A stretch of DNA of 38,919 bases, taken from assembly GCA_018238625.1 (NCBI GenBank), contig JABCSY010000033.1:1-38919 (forward strand). Reading direction: 5' to 3'. Numbering within the stretch: the stretch's first letter is position 1; each line of letters starts with the position of its first letter. The notes under the pieces were generated by a model that was not told the origin of the DNA, searched no databases, and saw only the letters and a program-made list of their open reading frames with translations. This DNA is from Promethearchaeota archaeon (GTDB lineage: Archaea; Asgardarchaeota; Lokiarchaeia; Sigyniarchaeales; SOKP01). A program made the translations under genes and the position numbers. Positions 8,434-17,642 of the stretch are shown piece after piece.

Positions 8434-10494
8434 ATGAAAATTTTGCTAATCCATTCAAAAGATGTAGAAGTTATTAAAAATAAGGTAGCCACAAGCAATC
8501 CACAAGATTTTCCCGAAGAAGTAATTAAAATGGAGGGCTTAATTTTAGTAGCTTACGTATCTGTAGAAGATCAAGATACATACGATACAGATTTGATTGC
8601 CAAACAAGGTGCTCAAGTGATAGAAGACGCAATAATTCAAATAACTAATTTTCCCGAAAAAATTAGACGTAAAAACGAAGAGATAAGAGAATATAATAAA
8701 AAGATTGAAAGTGGCCAAACTAAAGGGAAACCAAGAAAGATTCTTGAATTAATAAAGGAGAGAGGCACATATAAGGTTGATCAAGTATTAGTTTACCCTT
8801 GGGCGCATTTGAGCAAATTTCTCAGTAACGAATCAAACGCTATGGATGTCTGTCCTAAAATAGCAGAATTCTTAAAAGAAAAAGGTATAGAAGCGAAATT
8901 TTCTCCATTTGGTTGGTATAAATCTTTTAAAATAAACTGTATTGGCCACGAAGTAGCTGAGATGTACCGAGATGTAAAGCTATACATTCAACCCGAAGAA
9001 CACATAGAAAACGCTGTATTTAAAGTAATTACTCCAAAAGGAACCGAATTAGATTTAGAATTTGATGGTGACAAGAATGTATTGCCCTTAAAAGAGATTA
9101 AAGACGAAGATTTCCAGCTTTTCTTAGAATCTGAATTAGGAACGAAAAGAACAGATGACGGAATCGAACCAGCTCATATCAAAGTAATGAAAGAATTTGA
9201 GCTTGTAGATTTCGATCCAAACACAGATGCGGGGAATCTACGTTGGTATAGTAAAGGAGTGATCATGAAAAACTTGATTAAGAGTTTTGTGGAAGATAGG
9301 ATAATTGATTACGGCGCTATTCTTATTGATACGCCTCTTATGTATACGACTAAAAACAAAAAGTTAACAGCACAAACTGCACGTTTTCCAGCAAGGAGTT
9401 ATTGGGTTGAATCGGGAAGTGATAGGTATATATTAAGATATGCTTCTGATTTCTTACTTTTTGATTTATTAAGCTCTATGAATTTAAAACCTCACTATTT
9501 CCCATTAAGAGTATATGAATGGGAACAGTATTCCTTTAGACGAGAAATGAAAGGGGAACTTACAGGTTTAAGAAGGTTAAGAAGTTTTGTAATGCCTGAT
9601 ATGCACACATTATGCAAAGATGTAAAGTCCTCCGTAGAAGAATTTAAAAGTCAATACTTCTTAATAAAAAATCTTTTAGACGACCTGGGAATAAAATCTT
9701 ACATAATTTTCAGAGCAACTCAAGATTTTTACAGAGAAAATAAGGAATGGATTAAAGAATTGATAAAGAAAGAAGGCCAACCAGCCTTATTAGAATTATG
9801 GGAAGAAAGGTACTTTTACTTTGTTTTAAAGTTCGAGAGACCAGTCCTCTCAGCCCAAAACAGAAGCGCTACGCTCTCAACTAACCAAATTGACGTAGAA
9901 AGTTCGCTTGAATATATGGTAGATAACAAAGGGAAAAAAAGACAGAAATACGACATTCATTTTACAGATGTTGATGGTACAAAGAAGTATCCTGTAATTC
10001 TTCACAATTCCCCAACGGGGGGACTAGAAAGAATTTTATGGGGATTAATTGAAACTGCTGTTAGGGATAAGGACAGAATGGTTCCCGGATTTAAGACGTG
10101 GATATCCCCTATACAAGTAAGAATTATCACGGTTAGTGAAGATCAGAAAGAATACGCAGAAAAGGTTTTAGAGATTCTCAGTAGAGAATCATACAGAGTA
10201 GATTTTGATGATAGAGATGAGAAATTAGGTAAAAAGATTCGACAATCAGAAGTAGAATGGATTCCTTATACAATAATCCTCGGAAAAAAAGAGCAAGAAG
10301 CTCAAACCATTTCGGTACGAAAAAGATTAATTGGTCAACCTATTGGCCCAAAAAAAGGCACTTCAAAAAATATAAACAATATAAAATTAACCGAACTACT
10401 GGAATTACTCAACAACGACACGAAAGGGTTCCCTAAACACAAATTACCAAAACCATTTAGACGGTTTTCGACCAAAGTGTATTTTAGAAAGTAA
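8434..10494 (+). CDS. thrS: Threonine--tRNA ligase, archaeal type with N-terminal editing domain
   Basis: MKILLIHS, YPWAHLS, PFGWYKSF, FRRE..GEL.GL.RLR.F.MPDMH, ILHNSPTGGLER, anticodon domain DDRDEKLGKKIR. Confidence 0.97.
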   Translation: MKILLIHSKDVEVIKNKVATSNPQDFPEEVIKMEGLILVAYVSVEDQDTYDTDLIAKQGAQVIEDAIIQITNFPEKIRRKNEEIREYNKKIESGQTKGKPRKILELIKERGTYKVDQVLVYPWAHLSKFLSNESNAMDVCPKIAEFLKEKGIEAKFSPFGWYKSFKINCIGHEVAEMYRDVKLYIQPEEHIENAVFKVITPKGTELDLEFDGDKNVLPLKEIKDEDFQLFLESELGTKRTDDGIEPAHIKVMKEFELVDFDPNTDAGNLRWYSKGVIMKNLIKSFVEDRIIDYGAILIDTPLMYTTKNKKLTAQTARFPARSYWVESGSDRYILRYASDFLLFDLLSSMNLKPHYFPLRVYEWEQYSFRREMKGELTGLRRLRSFVMPDMHTLCKDVKSSVEEFKSQYFLIKNLLDDLGIKSYIIFRATQDFYRENKEWIKELIKKEGQPALLELWEERYFYFVLKFERPVLSAQNRSATLSTNQIDVESSLEYMVDNKGKKRQKYDIHFTDVDGTKKYPVILHNSPTGGLERILWGLIETAVRDKDRMVPGFKTWISPIQVRIITVSEDQKEYAEKVLEILSRESYRVDFDDRDEKLGKKIRQSEVEWIPYTIILGKKEQEAQTISVRKRLIGQPIGPKKGTSKNINNIKLTELLELLNNDTKGFPKHKLPKPFRRFSTKVYFRK

Positions 10495-10519
10495 CATATG
10501 AATTGCACACAGGTGATGT

Positions 10520-11149
10520 ATGATTAAAAAAATAAAGTGTATTATTATCGATTTAGGAGATGTAATTATCGATTTAGATTTTAGCAGGTTCTTTAACGAA
10601 GTAATAACTCCATCTCCTTTGAATAAACCTAAAACTCCAATAATGTTAGAATTTTTTCGTCAATCAGATACTTATCACCAAGGTAGAATAACAGATAAAG
10701 AGTTTTACCAACAAGCTTGCGAATTACTTGAAGTGTGTGCTCTTAATCAGACCGAGTTTTATAACGCGTTTAATAGTATTATTTCAGGTCTCAATCTAGA
10801 TATGGTTGAGTTACTCAGAAAAATCAAAACTTTAAATAATCTAAAGATAATTTGCATGTCAAATATTAATTCCAGTCATTGGACTTATTTAAAGAAACAA
10901 AAATGGAATATTTGGGAGCTTTTTGACGAATTTATTCTCTCGCATGAAATACACATGACAAAACCGGACCCAAAAGTTTTCGAGTATGCTTTAAAAATAG
11001 CCGGGTGTAAACCAGAAGAAATTATATTTATTGACGATGGTTTTAATAACGTTCGATCAGCTCGCGTATTGGGAATAAATTCAATAAGATTTATTGGATT
11101 GAATAATTTGGTTGAAGAATTAGAAGGGTTTGATATAAAAATAAGTTAG
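10520..11149 (+). CDS. HAD-superfamily phosphatase
   Basis: IIDLGDVI, MSN, KPDP, FIDD..NN motifs; AGGTGA SD. Confidence 0.92.
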   Translation: MIKKIKCIIIDLGDVIIDLDFSRFFNEVITPSPLNKPKTPIMLEFFRQSDTYHQGRITDKEFYQQACELLEVCALNQTEFYNAFNSIISGLNLDMVELLRKIKTLNNLKIICMSNINSSHWTYLKKQKWNIWELFDEFILSHEIHMTKPDPKVFEYALKIAGCKPEEIIFIDDGFNNVRSARVLGINSIRFIGLNNLVEELEGFDIKIS

Positions 11150-11194
11150 AAGTGTTAAATAATTAGATAGGTTATTGAATTATTTCTTATGGGG

Positions 11195-11743
11195 TTATTT
11201 CCCAATGTTAATGTTATCTAAACATGCTCGAGCTAATTTCTCAAAAGCTATTTCAACATTTTCTCCCGTTTTAGCAGAAGTTTCTAAATACTCGCAATTT
11301 AATCGCTTTGCCAGGTCTTCAGCCTCTCCCCTCTCAATTCGGCGTTCTAAATCGCTCTTATTTCCGACAATGAGTATAGGTATTGACTTTTTAACTGTTT
11401 TCTTTATACTGCTAATCCATCCAGGGAGCTTTAAAAGGGATTGAGGAGAGGTTAAATCGAATACTCCAAATGCCGCATTACTTCCTTTAAAATAGATCGT
11501 CCGTAGTTTTGCAAACTGCTCCTGGCCTCCAATATCCCATAGCAAGAGTCTAACATTTGTTTGGTCAATTTCAACATCTTTTATTAAAAAATTCGAACCA
11601 ATAGTTTGTTTTAAATCAGAAGTAAAGTAATCCTTTATATATCTGATGAGTAAGGAGGTTTTACCTACATTCCCGGGCCCAAACAAACAAACTTTAAACT
11701 TAAACGACGATCTATCCGACGATTTATCCAAAGATTTCACCAA
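11195..11743 (-). CDS. Rab-like small GTPase (Ras superfamily)
   Basis: G1 GPGNVGKT, G2 TIG, G3 WDIGGQ, G4 NKSD, G5 ETSAK; no C-terminal prenylation motif. Confidence 0.95.
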   Translation of the reverse strand: MVKSLDKSSDRSSFKFKVCLFGPGNVGKTSLLIRYIKDYFTSDLKQTIGSNFLIKDVEIDQTNVRLLLWDIGGQEQFAKLRTIYFKGSNAAFGVFDLTSPQSLLKLPGWISSIKKTVKKSIPILIVGNKSDLERRIERGEAEDLAKRLNCEYLETSAKTGENVEIAFEKLARACLDNINIGK

Positions 11744-11757
11744 CTGGTTGCGATTAT

Positions 11758-11804
11758 TTCTCTTAGGTTAAGGATGTTCAAAAGTTCATCCTTACTAAGG
11801 AGAA
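11758..11804 (-). promoter_or_regulatory. Imperfect hairpin in the probable 5' leader of the Rab-like gene
   Basis: TTCTC-TTAG-gt-TAAGGATG-N10-CATCCTTA-CTAA-g-GAGAA, 14 nt upstream of the TTG start. Confidence 0.55.
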
Positions 11805-11811
11805 CATTTAC

Positions 11812-11905
11812 TATTTTTATTTTATTAATTTTACTATATTGAATACTATCAATATAGTATATTTTTATTTTATTAATTTTACTATATTGAATATTATCAA
11901 TATAG
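11812..11905. repeat. Tandem 46-bp direct repeat (period 48), each copy containing a palindrome
   Basis: 11812-11857 and 11860-11905 differ at one base; each has CTATATTGA-N6-TCAATATAG. Confidence 0.92.
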
Positions 11906-11990
11906 GATTGTAAAATTAATACTGGTTAGTACTTCAAAAGAAAAAAGTAATAAGGAAAAAATATTTTTGAGTTTTTGTGCTTTTTTTTAT

Positions 11991-13262
11991 CTATTTTTTT
12001 CGTTTCTTCTTCCCAATTCCACCCATAGCTGCCATTAACCATTCGGGACTTCCGACTCCATTTGCGTACTCCATCCAAATATACATTAAGAAGCCCATAA
12101 AACCGACATAAGTTATGTTTATAATGAGGAAAAGAATAACATCGAATTGTCCAATAAATAAACCAAGAAATAGTTGGTGCACAAAAAATAGACTTAACGA
12201 GACTTTACCGTAATACACTAGCATTTTAACGAAATTACCATAATTCTTCTTGATGTCAATAAAATAAAAGCAGATTGCTATTATTAAAAGCGCCGCACCT
12301 AAATTGTAAAACATGTTTGGGCCTCTACCCCTAATTAAAAACTCAGGCATTCCGGGAATTACAAAGTAGATTTGTTTATTTGCTACTTCTAATAAGATCA
12401 TGTGAGGATATTCTTCGAGTCCACCTGGTATTGAAGATACAGTGTACAATTGAGAACCAAAACCAACACCTAAAGCTATCAAAATAATCCCCCAAACCAT
12501 AAAAATGCGAAACAAACCAACATACGCGTCGTCAGTCCCCTTATTCATAGCTTCGTAGAGGTATTCACCAAATATAGTAGAAATAAAACAGATGGCAAGA
12601 CCAGGAAGGAGCGGTACCATAGGGTTTGGTCCGATTACTATAAAATGAATTGCAGCTACTATTAAATTATTCGCTTCTAATCCTGGAACAAAAATTAGGT
12701 CTCTAATCACATTTGTAAATACTACGATTAAAATAGCAATAATACCACGATAGAACTTTGTTAATTTTAAAGCGTAAAACGAAAAGATCTGTGAAGCGCC
12801 TATAAACATGAGAATGTTCCAACCCCAGAGGTTTAAAGGAAATGGTACATCAAATCCATCTAAAGTTAGGGATGCAACATTATAAATCATCGCTATTAGG
12901 ATAATCATCGCGCCTCTCGAGAAAATTCGCATGCGAATTACTTTAGGAGGGAGTATATTTTCCTTGTTTTTTATGCTGAAAATTACGCTTAGAGCCGATA
13001 GAAAAACAAATAGCGATGGGCCAAGGAAATCCATTAATGAAAATAATATCCCGTAAACATATTGGTTTTCATTGTTTAACCAAGCGCTACCCGAATGCGC
13101 TAATATAATAAAAACAATTGCGAAACCTTTTACAAAATCAATGCTTCCAATTCGTTTTGGCGAAGCAAAATCCCTAATATCTTCTAATGGGATTAATTCT
13201 TGTAAGTAATTGAATAGTGGAGGAGATTCAGTTGCCGTTCTTAATTCATTTTCAATCGACAT
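11991..13262 (-). CDS. HGSNAT/DUF1624-family membrane acyltransferase, paralog 1
   Basis: RIGSIDFVKGFAIVFIILAH, PSLFVFLS, WNILMFIG, YYGKVSLSLFFVH; multi-TM. Confidence 0.8.
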   Translation of the reverse strand: MSIENELRTATESPPLFNYLQELIPLEDIRDFASPKRIGSIDFVKGFAIVFIILAHSGSAWLNNENQYVYGILFSLMDFLGPSLFVFLSALSVIFSIKNKENILPPKVIRMRIFSRGAMIILIAMIYNVASLTLDGFDVPFPLNLWGWNILMFIGASQIFSFYALKLTKFYRGIIAILIVVFTNVIRDLIFVPGLEANNLIVAAIHFIVIGPNPMVPLLPGLAICFISTIFGEYLYEAMNKGTDDAYVGLFRIFMVWGIILIALGVGFGSQLYTVSSIPGGLEEYPHMILLEVANKQIYFVIPGMPEFLIRGRGPNMFYNLGAALLIIAICFYFIDIKKNYGNFVKMLVYYGKVSLSLFFVHQLFLGLFIGQFDVILFLIINITYVGFMGFLMYIWMEYANGVGSPEWLMAAMGGIGKKKRKK

Positions 13263-13405
13263 TTTTCACCAATTAAAAATATTACTTGAAAATTATTATA
13301 GAATATTCTTATCTTGTGAAAATTTAAACTTTATCACAAAAAAGAAAAATTGAGATAAGAAATTAAAAATTATTAAAAATTTTATTAGAAATTATTTATA
13401 TCGAC

Positions 13406-14779
13406 TTATCCTTTTGAATCTTTGTCGTGTTCGCGTTTTATTTTATGAACTGTCTCTTTAATTTCTTCTTCTATTATGCGTATTTCCTTCTTAACAGTCT
13501 CTCCTGTTTTCTGCCCAATTCTCCCCACTTGGACCATAATCCATTCCGGAGAACCCGCGCCGCCATAGAACTCGTTCCATACATACATTGTGAAGCCCCA
13601 GAAGCCTATATAACTAAGAACAACGAATACAAAAACAACCAAATTGAAAAAATGTAAAAAGAGCGTAATAAATATAAAATGTAGCAAAAACAGACTCAAC
13701 GACACTTTTCCATAGTAATTCATCATGGATATAAAAATGTTCATTTTCCTTTTTATATCGATAAAATAAAAACTAATGGCAATGAGTAAAAGCGCGGCTC
13801 CTAAATTATATATCATGTTAGGCGCTCGTCCTCGAATTAAGAACTCCCACATCCCAGGATATGTAACCCCGGGGATGATACTTTGTGTTCGTATTACATT
13901 TAAGAGGTCTATAAAAGGATATTCATTTATTGGAAGTTCACTGGGTGTAAAACCTCCAGGAATGTATCCATTGCTACCTAAAAAAATGCCAGCAAGAACA
14001 AGGAAAATCCCCCAATATAAAAAGGTTCGAAATAACTTTTTATAATCTTTTTTCGTTCCTCCAACCATGGCTTCATATAAATATTCTCCAAAAATCGAAG
14101 AAAGAAAACAGATTGAGAGCCAGGGTAACAACGGAGTCATAGGAGAAGGTGAGACTACAATATAATGTAAAATAGAGATTATTACATCTCCTGCTTCTTT
14201 TCCTTGATAAAGCCAAAGTCTAATCGTGTCAGATGTAAAAATAATAAACATTCCTATTACAGCTCGAGAAATTTTACTAAGTTTTAAAGCATAATAAGAA
14301 AAGATCTGTGAAGCGCCTATAAACATTAGGATGTTCCAACCCCAAAGTGTGGCGGGAAAGGAATATCCAGGAATTGTGAACTCGATAGAAACTATATTGA
14401 ATATAACTGCAATTACAATAATCATTATTCCTCGAGAAAAAATTCTATTTCTTATGACCTTTTCTGGTAAAGTTCCCTTTTTTCGCCGAATACTAAATAC
14501 GACGCTTAATGCAGATAAAAAAACGAATAAAGATGGACCAAGAATGTCAAGAAAAGTAAACATTAATGCATAGAGAAACACCCAAGTAGAATCAAGCCAC
14601 GCACCTCCTGCATGCGCCATTATTATAAAAACAATTGCTACACCCTTGACAAAATCTATGCTCCCAATACGCCTTACAGATGAGTAATCCCTCAGTTCCT
14701 CGACCGGGATCGCTTGCTTCAAATAATCGAGAAGTGGTATCGAGTCCAAATCGATTTCTTTTTCTTTTTCAGATGACAT
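13406..14779 (-). CDS. HGSNAT/DUF1624-family membrane acyltransferase, paralog 2
   Basis: RIGSIDFVKGVAIVFIIMAH and colinear similarity to the adjacent gene. Confidence 0.8.
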   Translation of the reverse strand: MSSEKEKEIDLDSIPLLDYLKQAIPVEELRDYSSVRRIGSIDFVKGVAIVFIIMAHAGGAWLDSTWVFLYALMFTFLDILGPSLFVFLSALSVVFSIRRKKGTLPEKVIRNRIFSRGIMIIVIAVIFNIVSIEFTIPGYSFPATLWGWNILMFIGASQIFSYYALKLSKISRAVIGMFIIFTSDTIRLWLYQGKEAGDVIISILHYIVVSPSPMTPLLPWLSICFLSSIFGEYLYEAMVGGTKKDYKKLFRTFLYWGIFLVLAGIFLGSNGYIPGGFTPSELPINEYPFIDLLNVIRTQSIIPGVTYPGMWEFLIRGRAPNMIYNLGAALLLIAISFYFIDIKRKMNIFISMMNYYGKVSLSLFLLHFIFITLFLHFFNLVVFVFVVLSYIGFWGFTMYVWNEFYGGAGSPEWIMVQVGRIGQKTGETVKKEIRIIEEEIKETVHKIKREHDKDSKG

Positions 14780-14907
14780 TTCAGTTCAACTATAATTAAA
14801 GATTTTTTTGTAGTTCTATTTTAAGATTAAATTAATATTACTATTTTAGTTTATAAAAATTATTGAATGTTTTTTTAATATAAAAATCGTATAAAACATA
14901 AAAAATT

Positions 14908-15315
14908 ATGAGTATCAAAAAATATTTAGATTTTCGTTTGTTGGGATTAACTGGCTCGATATTATTAATAATATCGCAGTTTTTATCTTGGTTTTCCGGA
15001 CAATCTTTATTAACCATATATATATTGACCACAAGTGTAGCAATTGAAGATTCTTTTTTATATCTATTTCCTTTAATTAGCGGAATAATCTGTTTAGTGG
15101 GAACAGGGTTAATCGTTTATAAAATAGATTATAGAATAAATTCGGTTATAATTAATTTCGTTGGGTTGGGATTTTTTTTGATATTTATTTTTGAAATCGT
15201 CACAAAAGAATTCATTTATCTTCCTACCGCCCAAATAGGTTTTTACTTTTCAATTATAGGCTCGATATTAATATTCTTCGATATTTTAAATGTCCTTATA
15301 ATAAAGGAAAGTTAA
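14908..15315 (+). CDS. Small 4-TM hypothetical membrane protein
   Basis: Four hydrophobic stretches; FLSWF and GFYFSIIGSIL patterns. Confidence 0.75.
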   Translation: MSIKKYLDFRLLGLTGSILLIISQFLSWFSGQSLLTIYILTTSVAIEDSFLYLFPLISGIICLVGTGLIVYKIDYRINSVIINFVGLGFFLIFIFEIVTKEFIYLPTAQIGFYFSIIGSILIFFDILNVLIIKES

Positions 15316-15334
15316 GTGAGAAGGGGATCAAGCA

Positions 15335-16231
15335 ATTAGTGAAAAAGAAGAAACAAATAAGGAAAACGCTAAAACTTACGATGCTGAGGCTAATTTTTAC
15401 TACGCGTTGGGTCACGGACTTAGGAGAAAGATAATAAACATTATTGGAGAGAACAAATTTACTTCTTTCACATACCTTAAAAAAGAACTAAAGGTAAGTA
15501 CGGGTACTATTTACCACCATTTAGACACTCTGTCTCATTTAATTGAACAACGTGATGATAAGAAGTATTACTTAACTGAATTGGGGACTCATGCTTACAA
15601 TTCGTTAAAGGATAACATAAATACAATCATTACTCCTGATTTTAGCCAAAAAGAATTTAGTTCGCCAATTTTGAAAGGATTAATGCATTTGACTCCAAAA
15701 AAATATATTAATTACGAAAGCAACCAAATGATTTATACGATAATTATTTCAATTACGATTGCTTTAATAGGGGCAATATTTTGCGGTCTGAACGGTTTAT
15801 TTCCTTTATTTCTCTTTTTTGGGCAATCTATAATAGAATTCGAATTTATTGAACTAATTCTTCAGATTATACTTGCAATTATATTTATAGGCAACATTGT
15901 TTTCTTTTTTCTAATTATCGAAGGCATATGTCGCATAATTTATAAAAAAAAAGAAAATACCTTGAAATTTTTGATTTCTTTTCCTATTATTTTATTTCCT
16001 TTAGATATTTACTTAGTATTGCATTTTATCTTATTCTCTACAGGTTCTTTAAATTTGCCAGCAGTTAGAATATTAGATAATGTGCTTGTAATTTTATTCC
16101 AGGTATTGTCTTTATGGTTGTTAACATATAATTTAAGTGTGAATAAAAAGTTAAAGATTGAAAATTCGTTAATAATTTCGCTGTTGATCCACTACGGAGG
16201 ATTTTCTATTATCCTTCTACTTTCTATTTAA
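15335..16231 (+). CDS. ArsR-like wHTH domain fused to multi-TM membrane domain
   Basis: FYYALGHGLRRKII...SFTYLKKEL.VSTGTIYHHL..L...YYLTELG, then ~5 TM helices; start placed at ATT 15335 after AAGGGGA (inferred). Confidence 0.75.
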   Translation: MSEKEETNKENAKTYDAEANFYYALGHGLRRKIINIIGENKFTSFTYLKKELKVSTGTIYHHLDTLSHLIEQRDDKKYYLTELGTHAYNSLKDNINTIITPDFSQKEFSSPILKGLMHLTPKKYINYESNQMIYTIIISITIALIGAIFCGLNGLFPLFLFFGQSIIEFEFIELILQIILAIIFIGNIVFFFLIIEGICRIIYKKKENTLKFLISFPIILFPLDIYLVLHFILFSTGSLNLPAVRILDNVLVILFQVLSLWLLTYNLSVNKKLKIENSLIISLLIHYGGFSIILLLSI

Positions 16232-17549
16232 TCGTTTTAAAATTGTAATCGTTAAAAATCTTAATAATTTTAGAAATTCTCTTCTCTGAAGAATCTAAAT
16301 CCTTTGTTTTCGTTGCTATAAAACAATAATACAATAAGTCTCGATCCATAACTGATTTACTTAAAGCAATTGGAGGTGTTACTATTTCTGGAATCAAACT
16401 CATTAATTTTGGGATAATTATACTAATAATTTCGTTGGATGTTTTGTCTCCAAAATATTTTAATTCAAGTTGATTAAATTTAGAAAAACCTTGATGAGGT
16501 AATCTGTTTAAATTGAGCGAAGGTTTATCTCGGTTAAAAAGCACTTCTAAAGGATTATATCCTAATATATTTCTAATCCCTATGTATGAGGTGGTCAACC
16601 TAGGGTTAATCTCAATAAAGAATATAGAATTATCTGCTTTTTTAATAAAATCTATACCAAAATAACCTCGAAAACTAGACAAATCCATGCTTTTTAATAT
16701 TTTTTCTAACCTATCTTTTAAAAACTCGTAATCAACTACGGGCGTAAAACCACCTAAGTAGATGGAATCGTTAGCAGGGTCTTTAAATTTTATGCTCTGC
16801 GCATTGATGCTTAAAATTATTTGATTCATGGCTTCTGGTTTTTTAGAGGATACGCCGTTAATTATTGATACGCTTAGGTCCTCGCCATCTATGTATTCTT
16901 GAAGGATAAAATTTCTACTTATATCGAGTTTTTCGTTAGAATCTTCAAAAAAATGGATAATCTGCGCCTTAGTTTCAAAGTAAAATATTGATTCGGAGCC
17001 AACCCCATCTTCAGGTTTAATTATAATTGGACATCCTAACGTGTCAAATTTTTGAAGTACAAATTCTAAATCAAATTTTTTTTTAAATGGGATGGCATAA
17101 GTTTGGGGCGTGTTAACTTTATTTTCCAAGAAGAAGTTATAAGTTTTTAGCTTGGAAGTCCCCAACCTAATTCCTTCTAAATCTACGCTTAAAACGGTCT
17201 TTTTATTATCTTTTGCTATTTTCGTTAAATTATAAAGAATATTTGAGAATTCTGGGGCAATAATAAAGCAATAAGAAGATTTTTTTACACATTCTGTATA
17301 TATTTTGATGTAATCATCGTTTTTATTAACTAGTTTTGTTATATCTGCTTTTAAGTATTGAGATAAAAATTCAATCCTAATATCTAATAAAGTAGTAATT
17401 TGAAAACCTAATTTAAAAAAATCTTCTATTGTGGCTCTTAACATCGCATATGCTTCGCTAAATAAAGACGAAGGAATATCAACTTGATTATATCCGCCCC
17501 CACTCACAAATTCAAAAATAAATATTTTTTGATTTTTTAGATTAACCAT
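16224..17549 (-). CDS. ATP-grasp ligase, tyramine--L-glutamate ligase (MfnD)-like
   Basis: IFIFEFVSGGG...SLFSEAYAML, IIAPE, IIKPEDGVGS, QEYIDG, GYFGID, IEINPRLTTSY. Confidence 0.8.
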   Translation of the reverse strand: MVNLKNQKIFIFEFVSGGGYNQVDIPSSLFSEAYAMLRATIEDFFKLGFQITTLLDIRIEFLSQYLKADITKLVNKNDDYIKIYTECVKKSSYCFIIAPEFSNILYNLTKIAKDNKKTVLSVDLEGIRLGTSKLKTYNFFLENKVNTPQTYAIPFKKKFDLEFVLQKFDTLGCPIIIKPEDGVGSESIFYFETKAQIIHFFEDSNEKLDISRNFILQEYIDGEDLSVSIINGVSSKKPEAMNQIILSINAQSIKFKDPANDSIYLGGFTPVVDYEFLKDRLEKILKSMDLSSFRGYFGIDFIKKADNSIFFIEINPRLTTSYIGIRNILGYNPLEVLFNRDKPSLNLNRLPHQGFSKFNQLELKYFGDKTSNEIISIIIPKLMSLIPEIVTPPIALSKSVMDRDLLYYCFIATKTKDLDSSEKRISKIIKIFNDYNFKTIK

Positions 17550-17642
17550 TTTTAATTTATATTAATTTTCATATTTTTAAAATGGTTTTAAAATGATGAT
17601 TAAATTATTTTAATTAACTGAAATTTAAAAAAAAAACTATAA

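Noticed and set aside
11758-11804. SECIS element (AUGA..GA on the - strand)
   Set aside because: No upper helix above the motif, and no in-frame UGA selenoprotein candidate seen nearby
11812-11905. Mini-CRISPR array
   Set aside because: Only two units, 2-nt gap instead of a spacer, no cas genes
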